Positions 1-11,660 of a stretch of DNA of 26,317 nt are shown piece after piece (position 1 is the stretch's first letter; each line of letters begins with the position of its first letter). Source of the stretch: Tubiluchus corallicola (lineage: Eukaryota > Animalia > Priapulida); contig JAQGDQ010001765.1 in NCBI GenBank assembly GCA_030141605.1, forward strand, positions 1 through 26,317, in the 5' to 3' direction. The notes under the pieces are model-generated. The model was given only the letters and a program-made list of their open reading frames with translations. It had not been told where the DNA came from and searched no databases. The position numbers and the translations under genes are program-made.

Positions 1-683
1 ATTTTCATGTTCCGTTTGGTCCCTTTAAATCTCGTAATTTAACAAATAAAAAGTATTAACGGTGACAAAATGCTTACTTGACGAACACCTTTCTCTTACA
101 CAGATTCTGCACATTTTCTGCTATATCTTCTTGTTTAATTTCAAGTACCTACAGTAACTGTGAGCGTTGCTTCTTTGATCTGTGATGCTTAGTCTGGCAC
201 TGAAACAGTGTCTTTACCCACGGTGGATTATCCTCCTGGATTCTTTGTGGCAGCTAGAATGAGTCTCCTTTTAACATTAGAATGAGTCTTCTTTTAACAT
301 TAGAATGAGTCTCCTTTTAACATTAGAATGAGTCTCCTTTTAACATTAGAATGAGTCTTCTTTTAATATGTAACATGTGTTTTACGAAGCTGGCTTTACT
401 AGAAACATTTATTTTATTTTATAGAAAATCTAAATCTGAATTATTTATCTTAAATAATATCAAATAATCAACGAGACCTAACTTATTGAGCATTTCTTCG
501 CAAACACCTATGGATCGTGATGTGCATTATTCACGACCACTTACGTGACATAGTAACGAAAAACCAGAAAAAATTCGTTTTCAAATGATATTTGTTGTTA
601 AAATTTTTCTACATATTGGATTTATGTTAGTCTGTTGTAAATTATATAGCTAAACCTTTACACTTTTTAGACCAACAGATTCT
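1..683. repeat. Left arm of a long inverted repeat (probably extends upstream of the window)
   Basis: Reverse complement of 1067-2282 once the 1177-1535 insertion is removed, e.g. CCGTTTGGTCCCTTTAAATCTCGTAATTT vs AAATTACGAGATTTAAAGGGACCAAACGG; only scattered substitutions. Confidence 0.95.
255..366 (+). repeat. 23-bp minisatellite (TTAGAATGAGTCTCCTTTTAACA), ~5 copies
   Basis: Directly visible tandem units. Confidence 0.95.
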
Positions 684-785
684 GTACATTTAATTTCAAG
701 TACCTACAGTAACTGTGAGCGTTGTTTCTTTGATCTGTGATGCTTAGTCTGGTACTGAAACAGTGTCTTTACCTACGATGGATTA
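675..785 (+). repeat. Direct partial copy of ~100-230, lying in the inverted-repeat spacer
   Basis: TTAATTTCAAGTACCTACAGTAACTGTGAGCGTTG...GGATTA is repeated; the junction falls on a shared ACAGATTCT. Confidence 0.9.
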
Positions 786-1176
786 ATACAAATAACGTGA
801 TGTCGCGATGACAACAAAACATCTATCCAAAACAAATATTATTTCAGTGCGCAGGGCGGCGTCACTCTGCCTCGCGTATGTTCTATTATATATAAAGCTA
901 CTTCATCTATTAATAACCCTCTAAATACCCGCTATGAAAAGCAATGTGAGCCCATTGTCAGCACTCGAGCTGAAAATTGTAGTGTTTTGCTGCGTCCTTG
1001 CTTATATCGTAGTGCCACAGAAAGCAGCTGACAGCTACATTGATGATCCTCAAATGACACAACTCAAGAATCTGTTGGTCTAAGACGTTTAATGGTTTAC
1101 TATATAATTTACAACAGACTAACATAAATCCAATATGTAGAAAAATTTTAACAACAAATATTACTATGTCACTTAA

Positions 1177-1535
1177 CCCTTTCAGTCCCAAATTATTTTT
1201 TTAATAAGAAAAAGTTTTTGGCTTGGTACTTTTGTTCAGTATGTCCATCTTGTTTACACATAATAATAATTTTTTTCTACCTGTGCCAGCGTGCTAAATA
1301 TAGCCTGTATGGCTTCAACGGAAGCATAAAATGTGCTTCATTTTGCAACTGCTGATAATTTTTTATGCTATGTAGATTTTCTAGTTTGCCATTTTATCAC
1401 CATTTTAGTCTATTGTTATTGGCCTAAATCAAAATAACTATTAACAGATCAAATGACTGTCAGTTTTAAAATTTTATCAATTTTAAAGGCAGAAAATATT
1501 CTCGTATCCCACGGGATACAACGGGTATGAAAGGG
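1177..1535. mobile_element. Non-autonomous piggyBac-type MITE, family A copy 1 (359 bp)
   Basis: TTAA at 1173-1176 and 1536-1539; ends CCCTTTCA...TGAAAGGG; the empty site is visible in the left arm; a second copy lies at 19938-20401. Confidence 0.92.
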
Positions 1536-1709
1536 TTAAGTGGTCCTGAATAATGCACATCACTTTCCATAGGTGTTTGCGAAGAGATGATCAATAGGTT
1601 AGATCTTGTTGTTGATTATTTGATATTATTTAAGATAAATAATTCAGATTTGGCTTTTTTATAAAATAAAATAAATGTTTCTAGTAAAGCCAGCTTCGTA
1701 AAACACATG

Positions 1710-2028
1710 TTAAAAAAAGACTCGTTCTAATGTTAAAAGGAGACTCATTCTAATGTTAAAAGGAGACTCATTCTAATGTTAAAAGGAGACTCATTCTAAT
1801 GTTAAAAGGAGACTCATTCTAATGTTAAAAGGAGACTCATTCTAATGTTAAAAGGAGACTCATTCTAATGTTAAAAGGAGACTCATTCTAATGTTAAAAA
1901 AAGACTCGTTCTAATGTTAAAAAAAGACTCGTTCTAATGTTAAAAGGAGACTCATTCTAATGTTAAAAGGAGACTCATTCTAATGTTAAAAGGAGACTCA
2001 TTCTAATGTTAAAAGGAGACTCATTCTA
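1710..2028 (-). repeat. 23-bp minisatellite, ~14 copies
   Basis: TGTTAAAAGGAGACTCATTCTAA units; 14 GACTC cores spaced 23 bp apart. Confidence 0.95.
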
Positions 2029-2247
2029 GCTGCCACAAAGAATCCAGGAGGATAATCCACCGTAGGTAAAGACACTGTTTCAGTGCCAGACTAAGCATCA
2101 CAGATCAAAGAAACAAGGTTCACAGTTACTGTAGGTACTTGAAATTAAACAAGAAGATATAGCAGAAAATGTACAGAATCAGTGTAAGAGAAAGGTGTTC
2201 GTCAAGTAGGCATTTTGTCACCGTTAATACTTTTTATTTGTTAAATT

Positions 2248-2400
2248 ACGAGATTTAAAGGGACCAAACGGAACATAAAAATGCTGTCTAAGGTACAATC
2301 TGAACAAATCACAGCTGACGAGTTTTAAAGGGACCAAACGGAACATGAAAACGCTGTCTAGGGACTAGGGTACAATCTGAACAAATTACAAGTGATGAGT
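2248..2400 (+). repeat. ~70-bp tandem duplication at the outer end of the right arm
   Basis: ACGAG(A/T)TTTAAAGGGACCAAACGGAACAT at 2248 and 2318. Confidence 0.85.
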
Positions 2401-2402
2401 AA

Positions 2403-2440
2403 AGAGACTCATTCTAGCTGCCACAAGGAATCCAGAAGGA
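2403..2440 (+). repeat. Third short copy of the arm sequence (GAGACTCATTCTAGCTGCCACAA...)
   Basis: Matches ~2016-2052. Confidence 0.85.
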
Positions 2441-3228
2441 CATCAACTCTTCTTTAATGCACGGATTTTATTACCGAAAGGCGATAGAGTTTTGGCAAAG
2501 GAAGCCTCGTCAATTTCGTAACATGTTGCAGGTTTGAACACGTGTTAAAATAATTAAAAATTCTTGATTAATTAATTAACAATTGTTTTCTGAAAAAAAA
2601 CTCCTAGTATCAACCTGAATCTCAGAAATTAGTTTTGTATATTACGACTCTATCAATAGTATTAACATATACATGTATCACAAACAGTAGGGGGGCTGAA
2701 GTGCCTCCTTGACGTACTCCAGTATTTTTGTGTTTCAGCCTCAACAAATGCATATTGCAATAATAACCAATTTCTGTTTATTTCTCAGCAACCGACGCAA
2801 GCACGTGTAAGAACCTACGTCATCGATTAGACAATTCCTCTCTGATATGGATCAGACTTAGATGGGCTAGCTCTGGCTCTTGTCCATCTAAGAAGTTGAG
2901 AATACTTAGTGTTAAGTAACACTCAATAATCGAGCAGATTTCACCGACATCCCGCTAAGTACCTTCCCACATCTCCGCTAAGTGGCTCTTGGATCGATCC
3001 GTCTAAAACAAGCGAGCATGCAATTCTATCGTGCCGAATTAAATAACGGCTCTAGACGTTAAAGGCAAAAGACGATTCACGATTAGGAATCTTATAACAA
3101 TGAAGAGACTCGTATGAATGACAAACCTACGACTGCTCCAGTACTGTTGTATTAAAACATATCACCCAAATCTTTAAAAATGAAGAAAATTTATGAAATT
3201 AAAGTAAAAGTGTGAGAATGTGAGAATG

Positions 3229-3358
3229 CAGCTGCAGCAGCACCACCACCACCACCAGCAGCAGCAGCAGCAGCAGCAGCACCAGCACCAGCAGCAGCAG
3301 CAGCAGCAGTAGCAGTAGCAGTAGCAGTAGCAGTAGCAGTAGCAGTAGCAGTAGCAGC

Positions 3359-3447
<89 letters not shown>
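3229..3447 (+). repeat. Compound trinucleotide microsatellite (CAC/CAG)n grading into (TAG)n
   Basis: Visible. Confidence 0.97.
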
Positions 3448-4091
3448 ATGAATATTTTCAGTAAATTTAGTCAGAACATGAAATGTATGCAAAAATTCTT
3501 AAACATTGTACAATGTGAATGCAAATTCTATGTTCTCACTTTTCCTAAGATAAAAATAATTTTATACGTTAATGATTCATTAATTATTCGATAAAACTTT
3601 AGCAAAAGCTCGATTAACACAAGAATTTAATTTTATTTAATTTAGTTTCAAACTCAACCATTTTGCAAGATTTTAAAATTATTGTTTTTCGCTGTTACTT
3701 GTATAAGATTTTTTCTACTTTTCGCCAACGTCCAGTCAGACCAGCAAGACCAGCAAGACGATTAACACAACTCACAAACCACGTGTGCTTTTCTCAGTAC
3801 ACGGTCTCCCCCACGCAATTCTCTTAAAGCAAAGAGACGAAACAGCTTTTATACTCTTAAACACTGCAAACATCGTCAGAAGGGAAGACTATTGACTTGC
3901 TCTCCAGACCTCTTAATACCAGATCTACAAACCAGATGTTGGTAAGAGTGGATGTGATGCTTGTACAATGTGAATGGTGGCTACACTGAACTGTCTGCGT
4001 GTTTGTGGTAAAAACTTTAACTTCTTAAAGTTTTGGTGTCAGGAGACAATATTTATACATTAATTTATGAAGAATATAATTGTTCTTAGTA

Positions 4092-4355
4092 ATGACGACG
4101 ATGACGATGATGACAACAGTGACGATGATGATGATGATGATAACGATGACGACGATGATGATGATGATGATGATGATGACGACGACGACGATGATGATGA
4201 TGATGACAATGATGATGATGATGATGATGATGACAATGATGATGATGATGATGATGACACTGATTATGATGATGAAGATAATGATGATGATAATGAAGAT
4301 GATGACGACGATGATAATTATGATGATGGTGATGACGAAGATGATGATGAAGATA

Positions 4356-4445
<90 letters not shown>

Positions 4446-4596
4446 AAGATGATGATGAAGATATATATAATTATAATAATAATAAATCTTTATTAAAGAA
4501 ATGAATATATATACACAAAGGTGCCTCTTTTTGCAGGCTTTTTGATGAAGATAATGATGATGGTGGTGATGATGATGAGGAGGAGGAGGAGGAGGC
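4092..4596 (+). repeat. Imperfect (GAT)n microsatellite with a distal (GAG)n part
   Basis: Visible. Confidence 0.95.
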
Positions 4597-5120
4597 GGTT
4601 TGGTTTACCCTATTTCAATGTTCGCGAAAAATGTTAGAACGATTTAGCAATAAAACAGTAATAAGCGTATCGTGTGAAAGTGAGTAAGTTACTAAAATTA
4701 CATTAAAGTCGCGATCACGTCATGCTTGGACGCTCCCATTTTAAATGCCCATTCTTCTTCCAATGACGTCATTCGTCTTGAAGAAAAGTAGCGCACTGTT
4801 AATCTTCATCAAAAGTGTAATAAGTTTTTACAAAAAATTAGATAGCTAGTCTTGTAGTATTTTTACGTGAACATTAAATTAGCTGCGCAAGTTTGAATTA
4901 GTTTAAGCAGCTCGCGAAAAGCCACGAGGCGCTCACGAAAAGTCACGAAGTCCACCAGTTGCGTCATGATTTTCAAGTGAATGGCGGTCACCATCGCGCC
5001 TGAAAATTTCTATTCACCGGTAGTGCATTTTAAGTTTATGCTTTATAGGCAGTTCTTTGCAAATTTCTTTGTTATATTTTTCTAAGTTTAAGTGATAATA
5101 GTAAAATTAACCGTGCGTTC

Positions 5121-5283
5121 CATTATTATCGTTAGTATTACATTTTTGTATTTTTTTCTGTACGACATTCAAGCACATATTTATATGGATTTTAAGCTAT
5201 ATAAAAATAAATAAACTTAAACGTTTACACGTGTGTGTGCGTCGTGCGTGCGTGCGTGTGCGTGTGCGTGTGCGTGTGCGTGT

Positions 5284-5314
<31 letters not shown>

Positions 5315-5398
5315 CGTGTGCGCGCGCGTGCGTGTGCGTGTGCGTGCGTGTGCGTGTGCGTGTGCGTGTGTGCGTGTGCGTGCGCGTGCGTGTGCGTG
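5121..5398 (+). mobile_element. Interspersed repeat copy ending in AATAAA plus a (CGTGTG)n tail
   Basis: 5121-5227 is the reverse complement of 7328-7434; both run into TG-type microsatellites. Confidence 0.7.
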
Positions 5399-5948
5399 TT
5401 GAACGTGCGTTGAACGTAGCTAGTAAGCTGCAGATTGGAATTCTTCTCATCTTCTTTATATTTCTGCTCGTTGCAGTAAATATTTGTAAAATACCTCACA
5501 GTAAATTCTGTTACATATGAAATACGTACAGGAGCAAATTTATACCTGATTATAGCTTGCAAACTTAAATTCAAGCAGGTATATGAACTTAAAAAACTTC
5601 TAGGCTACGTAGAAAAAGTCTGACTGTAAGGTACAGTCAGCGCGTCTGTATAGCACGAATGTCTGACGCGCAAAAACACGAATGATGAATATCTAATGTT
5701 ATAAAAACATCATACGAGTTTTTCTGAGGCAAATCAAAGAGGATTGATTGCTGTTCTTGAAGAGTGAAAAATGCTAATTCCTCTTATATCAACATCCATT
5801 TCACTGGCAGAATTTTCATTGGACACAGACAGGTGAGAAATATCAGGAGTCATCGTGACATTTTAGTGAGCAGCAAAGGGTTAGAATTAAAAAGTAGTCG
5901 TAGCCTAAACAGTCTGTGTTGCTTACTTTTGGAGCAACTATAATTATT

Positions 5949-6864
5949 ATTCATTCACTCATTTGTTTATGCGTTGACTTGTTCATTCACTAACTTTTTC
6001 TTCCATTCAATCATTAATTTATTCATTCATTCATTCCCTTATTCTTCCATTCAATCATTAATTTATTCATTCATTCATTCACCTATTTATTCATTCATTT
6101 ACTTATTCATTCATTCATTCACTTATTCATTCATTCATTCACTTATTCATTCATTCATTCACTTATTCATTCATTCATTCACTTATTATTCCATTCAATC
6201 ATTAATTTATTCATTCATTCATTCACCTATTCATTCATTCATTCACTTATTCTTCCATTCAATTATTAATTTATTCATTCATTCATTCATTCATTCATTC
6301 ACCTATTTATTCATTCATTCACTTATTCATTCATTCATTCATTCATTCATTCACTTATTCTTCCATTCAATCATTAATTTATTCATTCATTCATTCACCT
6401 ATTCATTCATTCATTCACTTATTCTTCCATTCAATTATTAATTTATTCATTCATTCATTCACCTATTTATTCATTCATTCACTTATTCATTCATTCATTC
6501 ATTCATTCATTCACCTATTTGTTCATTCATTCATTCATTCACTTATTCTTCCATTCAATCATTAATTTATTCATTCATTCATTCACTTATTCATTCATTC
6601 ATTTATTCATTTATTTATTCATTCATTTATTCATTCATTCATTCACTTACTCATTCATTCATTCACTTATTCTTCCATTCAATCATTAATTTATTCATTC
6701 ATTCATTCACTTATTCATTCATTCATTCATTCATTCATTCATTCATTCATTCATTCATTCATTCATTCATTCATTCATTCATTCATTTATTCATTCATTC
6801 ATTCATTCATTCACTTATTCATTCATTCATTCACTTATTCTTCCATTCAATCATTAATTTATTC
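5949..6864 (+). repeat. (TTCA)n array with higher-order variant units
   Basis: Recurring TTCCATTCAAT(C/T)ATTAATTT marker, 9 copies. Confidence 0.95.
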
Positions 6865-7072
6865 GTTGTTTGTTCTTTCAATCTTTCATACGTTTGTTTG
6901 TCATTAATGTTAATCGTTAATTACCTAATTATTTAGTTAATGAATCAGTAAATCAATCGGTCTTTCAGTCATGAATTATTTATAGCTACGTAAATCTTGT
7001 ATAAATTGAATAAATGGAAGAGTTAATTCAATTCAACTACTCAGCATCGGCGCCTGAAGTACTTTGTAAATT

Positions 7073-7434
7073 ACACACACACACACGCGCACGCACACAT
7101 GCACTACACACACACACGCACGCACACACACACACATACGCACACACACACACGCACGCACACACACACACACACACACGATCGCACACGCACGCACACA
7201 CATACACACACACATGCGCACACACACGCACACACACACACACACACGCACACACACACACGCACACACACACACACACGCACACACACACAACACACAC
7301 ACACACACACATACACAGATATATATATAAAAGTTTAAGTTCATATATTTTTATATAGCTTAAAATCCATATAAATATCTGCTTGAACGTCGTACAGACA
7401 AAAATACATAAAAGTTATACTAAAGATAATAATG
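7073..7434 (-). mobile_element. Second, inverted copy of the 5121-5398 repeat, with a (TG)n tail
   Basis: GTACGAC(A/G)TTCAAGCA(C/G)ATATTTATATGGATTTTAAGCTATATAAAAATA is shared. Confidence 0.7.
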
Positions 7435-7586
7435 ATAAAGTGACGATTTAAAACCGGAAAATAACAAAAAAAAAATTACCAAAAAATTTAGTAAAACTAA
7501 AATAAAAATATGGGGAAATAACTTATCCTGCTAAAATAGTTGAAATAGCTAATGAATCTATTTGAAGAATCAGTTCGCTCTAAGCT

Positions 7587-7915
7587 AGATAACATAAGAT
7601 AAGATAATATTTATTTTCATCGGTATGATATAAACAGTACATATTTGTAAAACATGAGCTTAAAGCTCGTAAACTGATATCAAACATAATGTATATGAGC
7701 GATAACATGGTAATAATATGTACTTCTTAAAATCTTTTGCTTGAAAGAATAAGTGCGTCTGTGTACAAGATGTCTAAAATTTTCAACACCTGTTACTTGT
7801 GCAAAGCGTTTCCGAAATACAGACGCGAGAACCCGTCTAACTAGTAAATGACGAAATGGATGTAACAACGAAGAACTTGAGGCGCGAACGTGAAATTGTG
7901 TTTGTGTGGTAATAA
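7587..7915 (-). mobile_element. 3' end of a decayed non-LTR retrotransposon
   Basis: Peptide FRHLL...GVENFRHLVHRRTYSFKQKILRST resembles a LINE ORF2 C-terminus (FRxLL...VxxFxxLxRKxxYSFxxRLxxS); followed by AATAAA and a (TTATC)n-like tail. Confidence 0.6.
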
Positions 7916-7974
7916 TTCTTTCACATAAGTCATCTTTGAAAAAAATAGTACGTTTTCTTTCAATATTTTTAAGA

Positions 7975-8432
7975 GTAGATTATTTTGACCTACAGTCTAA
8001 GATTTGGCCCTGTTTTGCTTTAACAAAATTCTCAGGTAAAAAGGTTTTTCTTTCCTAATGAATCAGTATGTTATAAACCTCAGTAAGATCTCCACAGCGT
8101 CTTCTTAATTTAATTGTGATCAAATTGCAATACATCAATCTTTCTAAATAGATTTTTACATCTTGTAAATCTTGAAAGTGTTAATCTTTTATCACCCATT
8201 TCAGAACTTTTGATCTGCTACTTTCTAATATCAATATAAGGAATATTGATCAGTCTAAAAATGTGAAATTTTGTTTGCTTGGAAGGAGTACAAGCGTGCA
8301 GAAGAAAAAATTAAAACCATTCTTAACAATGATTTATAACGTATCCAGAACTATTTTTTCAAATCCAAAATCTTTAGTTTGGGGTAGATTGTTTTGACAT
8401 ACAGTTTAAGATTGGGCCCGGTTTTGCTTTAA
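7975..8432 (+). repeat. 49-bp direct repeat pair (7975-8023, 8384-8432)
   Basis: 44/49 identical by manual comparison. Confidence 0.85.
8040..8260 (-). mobile_element. CR1-clade LINE ORF2 fragment (post-RT region)
   Basis: YLERLMYCNLITIKLRRRCGDLTEVYNIL matches the CR1 pattern YxERLxxLxLxTLxxRRxRGDLIEVYKIL. Confidence 0.8.
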
Positions 8433-8474
8433 ATAACCGTTGTTAATATCAATGTTAGTTTTGCACGTGCTCTT

Positions 8475-9250
8475 ATATATATATATATATATATATATTA
8501 ATTTTTTATTTGTCACTAAAATGGTTCACTCATTATAATAAAATTGAGTAAGCCTCAGCATAATGTTAAAATAACAACACCGTTCAAGACAAATGCGTCC
8601 AGTGCATACAAAAAAACTAAAGTGCAAAACTAAGTCCTAATTATATACAATAAATGAACATATTTACAAACACCATATTAAGATATTTTTAAAAAACAAT
8701 ATTGCAAAAGTACATTAAACTTTACATGACATATTTTACACTATATATATACATTTGACATGACACAATTAACAGAAACATGCTTTACATTACATAAATT
8801 TCACTCATTACATTTACACTATTTATACATTTGACATTACAAAACTAACATAACACGAATTACATTACATAATTTTTTAAAAATTTTCATTTCTAATCGT
8901 TTTATGGAGTCAGGGGCGGGGGTAGATGAAAGTTGAGTCTGTGTAATTAGTATCAGATGCACAATGTGGAAGTTGAAACAGTCTTACGTAGATACGTATG
9001 GTAACTTTCACCATTGAGAGCCAAGTGTGCCATTGAAGATCATATAGGGCAAAGAAAAGTATTAGCTTTAGATAAATTGACAACTCAGCACAGAAAATTA
9101 GATTAGCACTTTGTTTACGTTCAGCAAAAAAAATCGTTTTCGTATTTTCCTATAGAGACAAATCCCACAACTTAGCAGCCGCCATTCTAAGGCAGCGCCG
9201 TCTGTATTGTTACAATGTAAACATAACCTCTCAGAAATTCCCCGTGTTAC
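8475..9250 (-). mobile_element. Decayed CR1/L2-like LINE 3' end with 3' UTR and (TA)n tail
   Basis: VTRGISERL (TRGHSxKL-like) and RRRCLRMAAAKLWD motifs; AATAAA precedes the (TA)n; internal ~78-bp tandem duplication near 8735/8813. Confidence 0.5.
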
Positions 9251-9902
9251 TATAGAGCAGTTCTTGTCCTCTAACTAAGACAGCATAATCAGAAGCTAAT
9301 CCCTCAAATCGCTGACAGCTTGTTTTGCTAAAAGATTGGCTTTCCTCTAATGAAAATACTGAGTAAAAGATTTCCTCTCTTGTCCCCGTTGGCTAAGCTG
9401 CTTGTGGCCGAATCACGCAACAATGAGTTTATTCACTACGGACCGCGTATCAAGAGTATTTAGCAATATTTTTATTTCGGTTTAATAAGATTTTTGCTTG
9501 TCTTAAGGCGGCGCGTTTTGTATAACCACAAAGTCTTAACTCTTTCCCCCGAAGCCATTTTCTACTGAAATCTGACAAGGTAAGAATGGCATGAAATGAT
9601 TACTAGCTCAGCTGCCAGTCTGTCAGGATTATCCGATTAGTGATCGTTACCACGTCACGTGACCAAGCCACGCCTTTGATACTGAATATTAACTGATTTC
9701 AGGAATACTTCTTGACTTATTTGTTTTGACAAAATAGCTGTATTATATACTTGTTATACTGTCATAGTTTCAGCCCGCAGATATCCACAGCATGAAAATA
9801 ATAATAATTATAATAGAAAAGTATCAAAAATCAGCTGACATACTCATACAGGAGCTCTAGAAATATCTCTAGAAAAAGCCACTACAGGAATATGCCAACA
9901 TT

Positions 9903-10124
<222 letters not shown>

Positions 10125-10130
10125 TGCCAA

Positions 10131-10259
10131 CATTTAGGCCTAATTACCTGTACATTTGATGTAGCCTACATTTAGGCCTAATTACCGGTACATTTTATGT
10201 CGCCTACGTTTAGGCCTAATTACCTGTACATTTGATGTAGCCTACACTAAGGTCTATTA
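10131..10259 (+). repeat. 38-bp minisatellite, ~3.4 copies
   Basis: CATTTAGGCCTAATTACCTGTACATTTGATGTAGCCTA units. Confidence 0.9.
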
Positions 10260-10577
10260 TTTGCACATGATGAAATGACATTAAACGTCAATAGAAGCAG
10301 ATGACGTCATAAATTTTGACTATCCACTCTCCTTGTAATTGAAGTTTTGGCATTTTGCGCATGCGTGTAGACTGCTATCATCTTTCGTGTTTCAGAAGTT
10401 CGCCATTAATGAACTTTTTTATTTTCATTGCAAGTAATTGAGCAAGCGTTCATTTTGTGGTAAAATCTTACCAAGTAACTGGGATTTCTTGAGTCTACAT
10501 TAAATTTTGAATTTTTTCAATTGCTTCCTTCCTCTGCTGTGTTAACTCTTTACCACAGGTGTAAAAGTGCTGCAATA

Positions 10578-10624
10578 ACCTTACGAAGCCAAGTTTGACA
10601 CCTTACGAAGCCAAGCTTGACACC
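10578..10624 (+). repeat. 22-bp tandem duplication
   Basis: ACCTTACGAAGCCAAG(T/C)TTGAC x2. Confidence 0.85.
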
Positions 10625-10784
10625 ATCAAGATTGTCATGAACTGTTGGCTCAGCAGCCAAATTATCAATTATTTCCTATATTATAATTTCCATAATAAGT
10701 TTTGAAAATAAGGGACATTTGAAAAACTGTCCCTAATAATAAATTAGGGACATTTCCAATTCCTGGTTGTGTTGTCTGTAGCAA

Positions 10785-10843
10785 TCAGTCAGTCAGTCAG
10801 TCAGTCAGTCAGTCAGCCAGTCAGTCAGTCAGTCAGTCAGTCA
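10785..10843 (+). repeat. (TCAG)n microsatellite
   Basis: Visible. Confidence 0.95.
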
Positions 10844-11174
10844 ATGTTTTGGAGATGCTAAAATGTTCTTTGTGTTTGCCTGGTCTGTGGGTAATTCCAT
10901 ACTAATTCCTATGTATCTTGGAGGGTTTCTAATATGCAAGATTTCTCGGGGATTTTCCCACTAAATCCTATTTGGGATCCCCCGTTTGTGAATTTAATGA
11001 GGAATTAGAATGTGAAAATAATGCAGCTGAAAAACTTGGGAGGTATTGAACTTTAATTAAACGCAGAGGTTATGCATATGAGAATGTTTGCGAGAGTAAA
11101 ATGTAGAGATTTAGTGAACTACTCGCTGCAAAAATATAGTTGCAAATAAGTATGTAAGAAAAGTAATGGATAAA

Positions 11175-11660
11175 AATGAATGAATGAATGAATGAATGCA
11201 TGAATGAATGAATGAATGAATGAACGAATGATTGATTGAATGAATTAATGAAAAAATGAATAAACGAACGAACAGACAAAACAAACGAACGAACGTATGA
11301 TTGAATGAATGAATAAACGAAGAATGAATAAATGAATGAACGAATGAATAAACAAACGAATGAACGAACGAACGAATGCGTGAATGAATGAATAAATGGA
11401 TGAATGAATGAATGAATGAATGAATAAATGAATGAATGAATGAACGAATGAATGAATGAATGAATGATTGAATGAACGAATGAATGAATGGATGAATGAA
11501 TGAATGAATGAATGAATGAATGAATGAATGAATGAATGAATGAATGAATGAATGAATGAATGAATCAATGAATCAATGAATGGCTGAATGAATAAATGAA
11601 TGAATGAATAAACCAATGAATGGCTGAATGAATGAATGAATTATTGGGTGAATGAACGAA
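11175..11660 (+). repeat. Imperfect (TGAA)n microsatellite
   Basis: Visible. Confidence 0.95.

Larger units (their letters stand above)
1067..2282. repeat. Right arm of the long inverted repeat (interrupted by a MITE, with an expanded minisatellite)
   Basis: Reverse complement of 1-683. Confidence 0.95.

Noticed and set aside
1710-2028. CRISPR-like regular array
   Set aside because: Units are head-to-tail with no unique spacers, there are no cas genes, and the context is eukaryotic
2311-2360. Hammerhead-like CTGACGA-GTTT...AAAC-GGAAC in the 70-bp tandem
   Set aside because: GGAA replaces the required GAAA, no compatible stem I/III with an NUH site, and the neighbouring copies lack CTGANGA
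4067-4504. Poly-Asp ORF and overlapping poly-Ile/Met/Ser ORFs
   Set aside because: Translations of a (GAT)n microsatellite; open in several frames simply because the repeat lacks stops
5197-7358. His/Thr, Cys/Val and FIHS-repeat ORFs
   Set aside because: Translations of (CA)n, (CGTGTG)n and (TTCA)n
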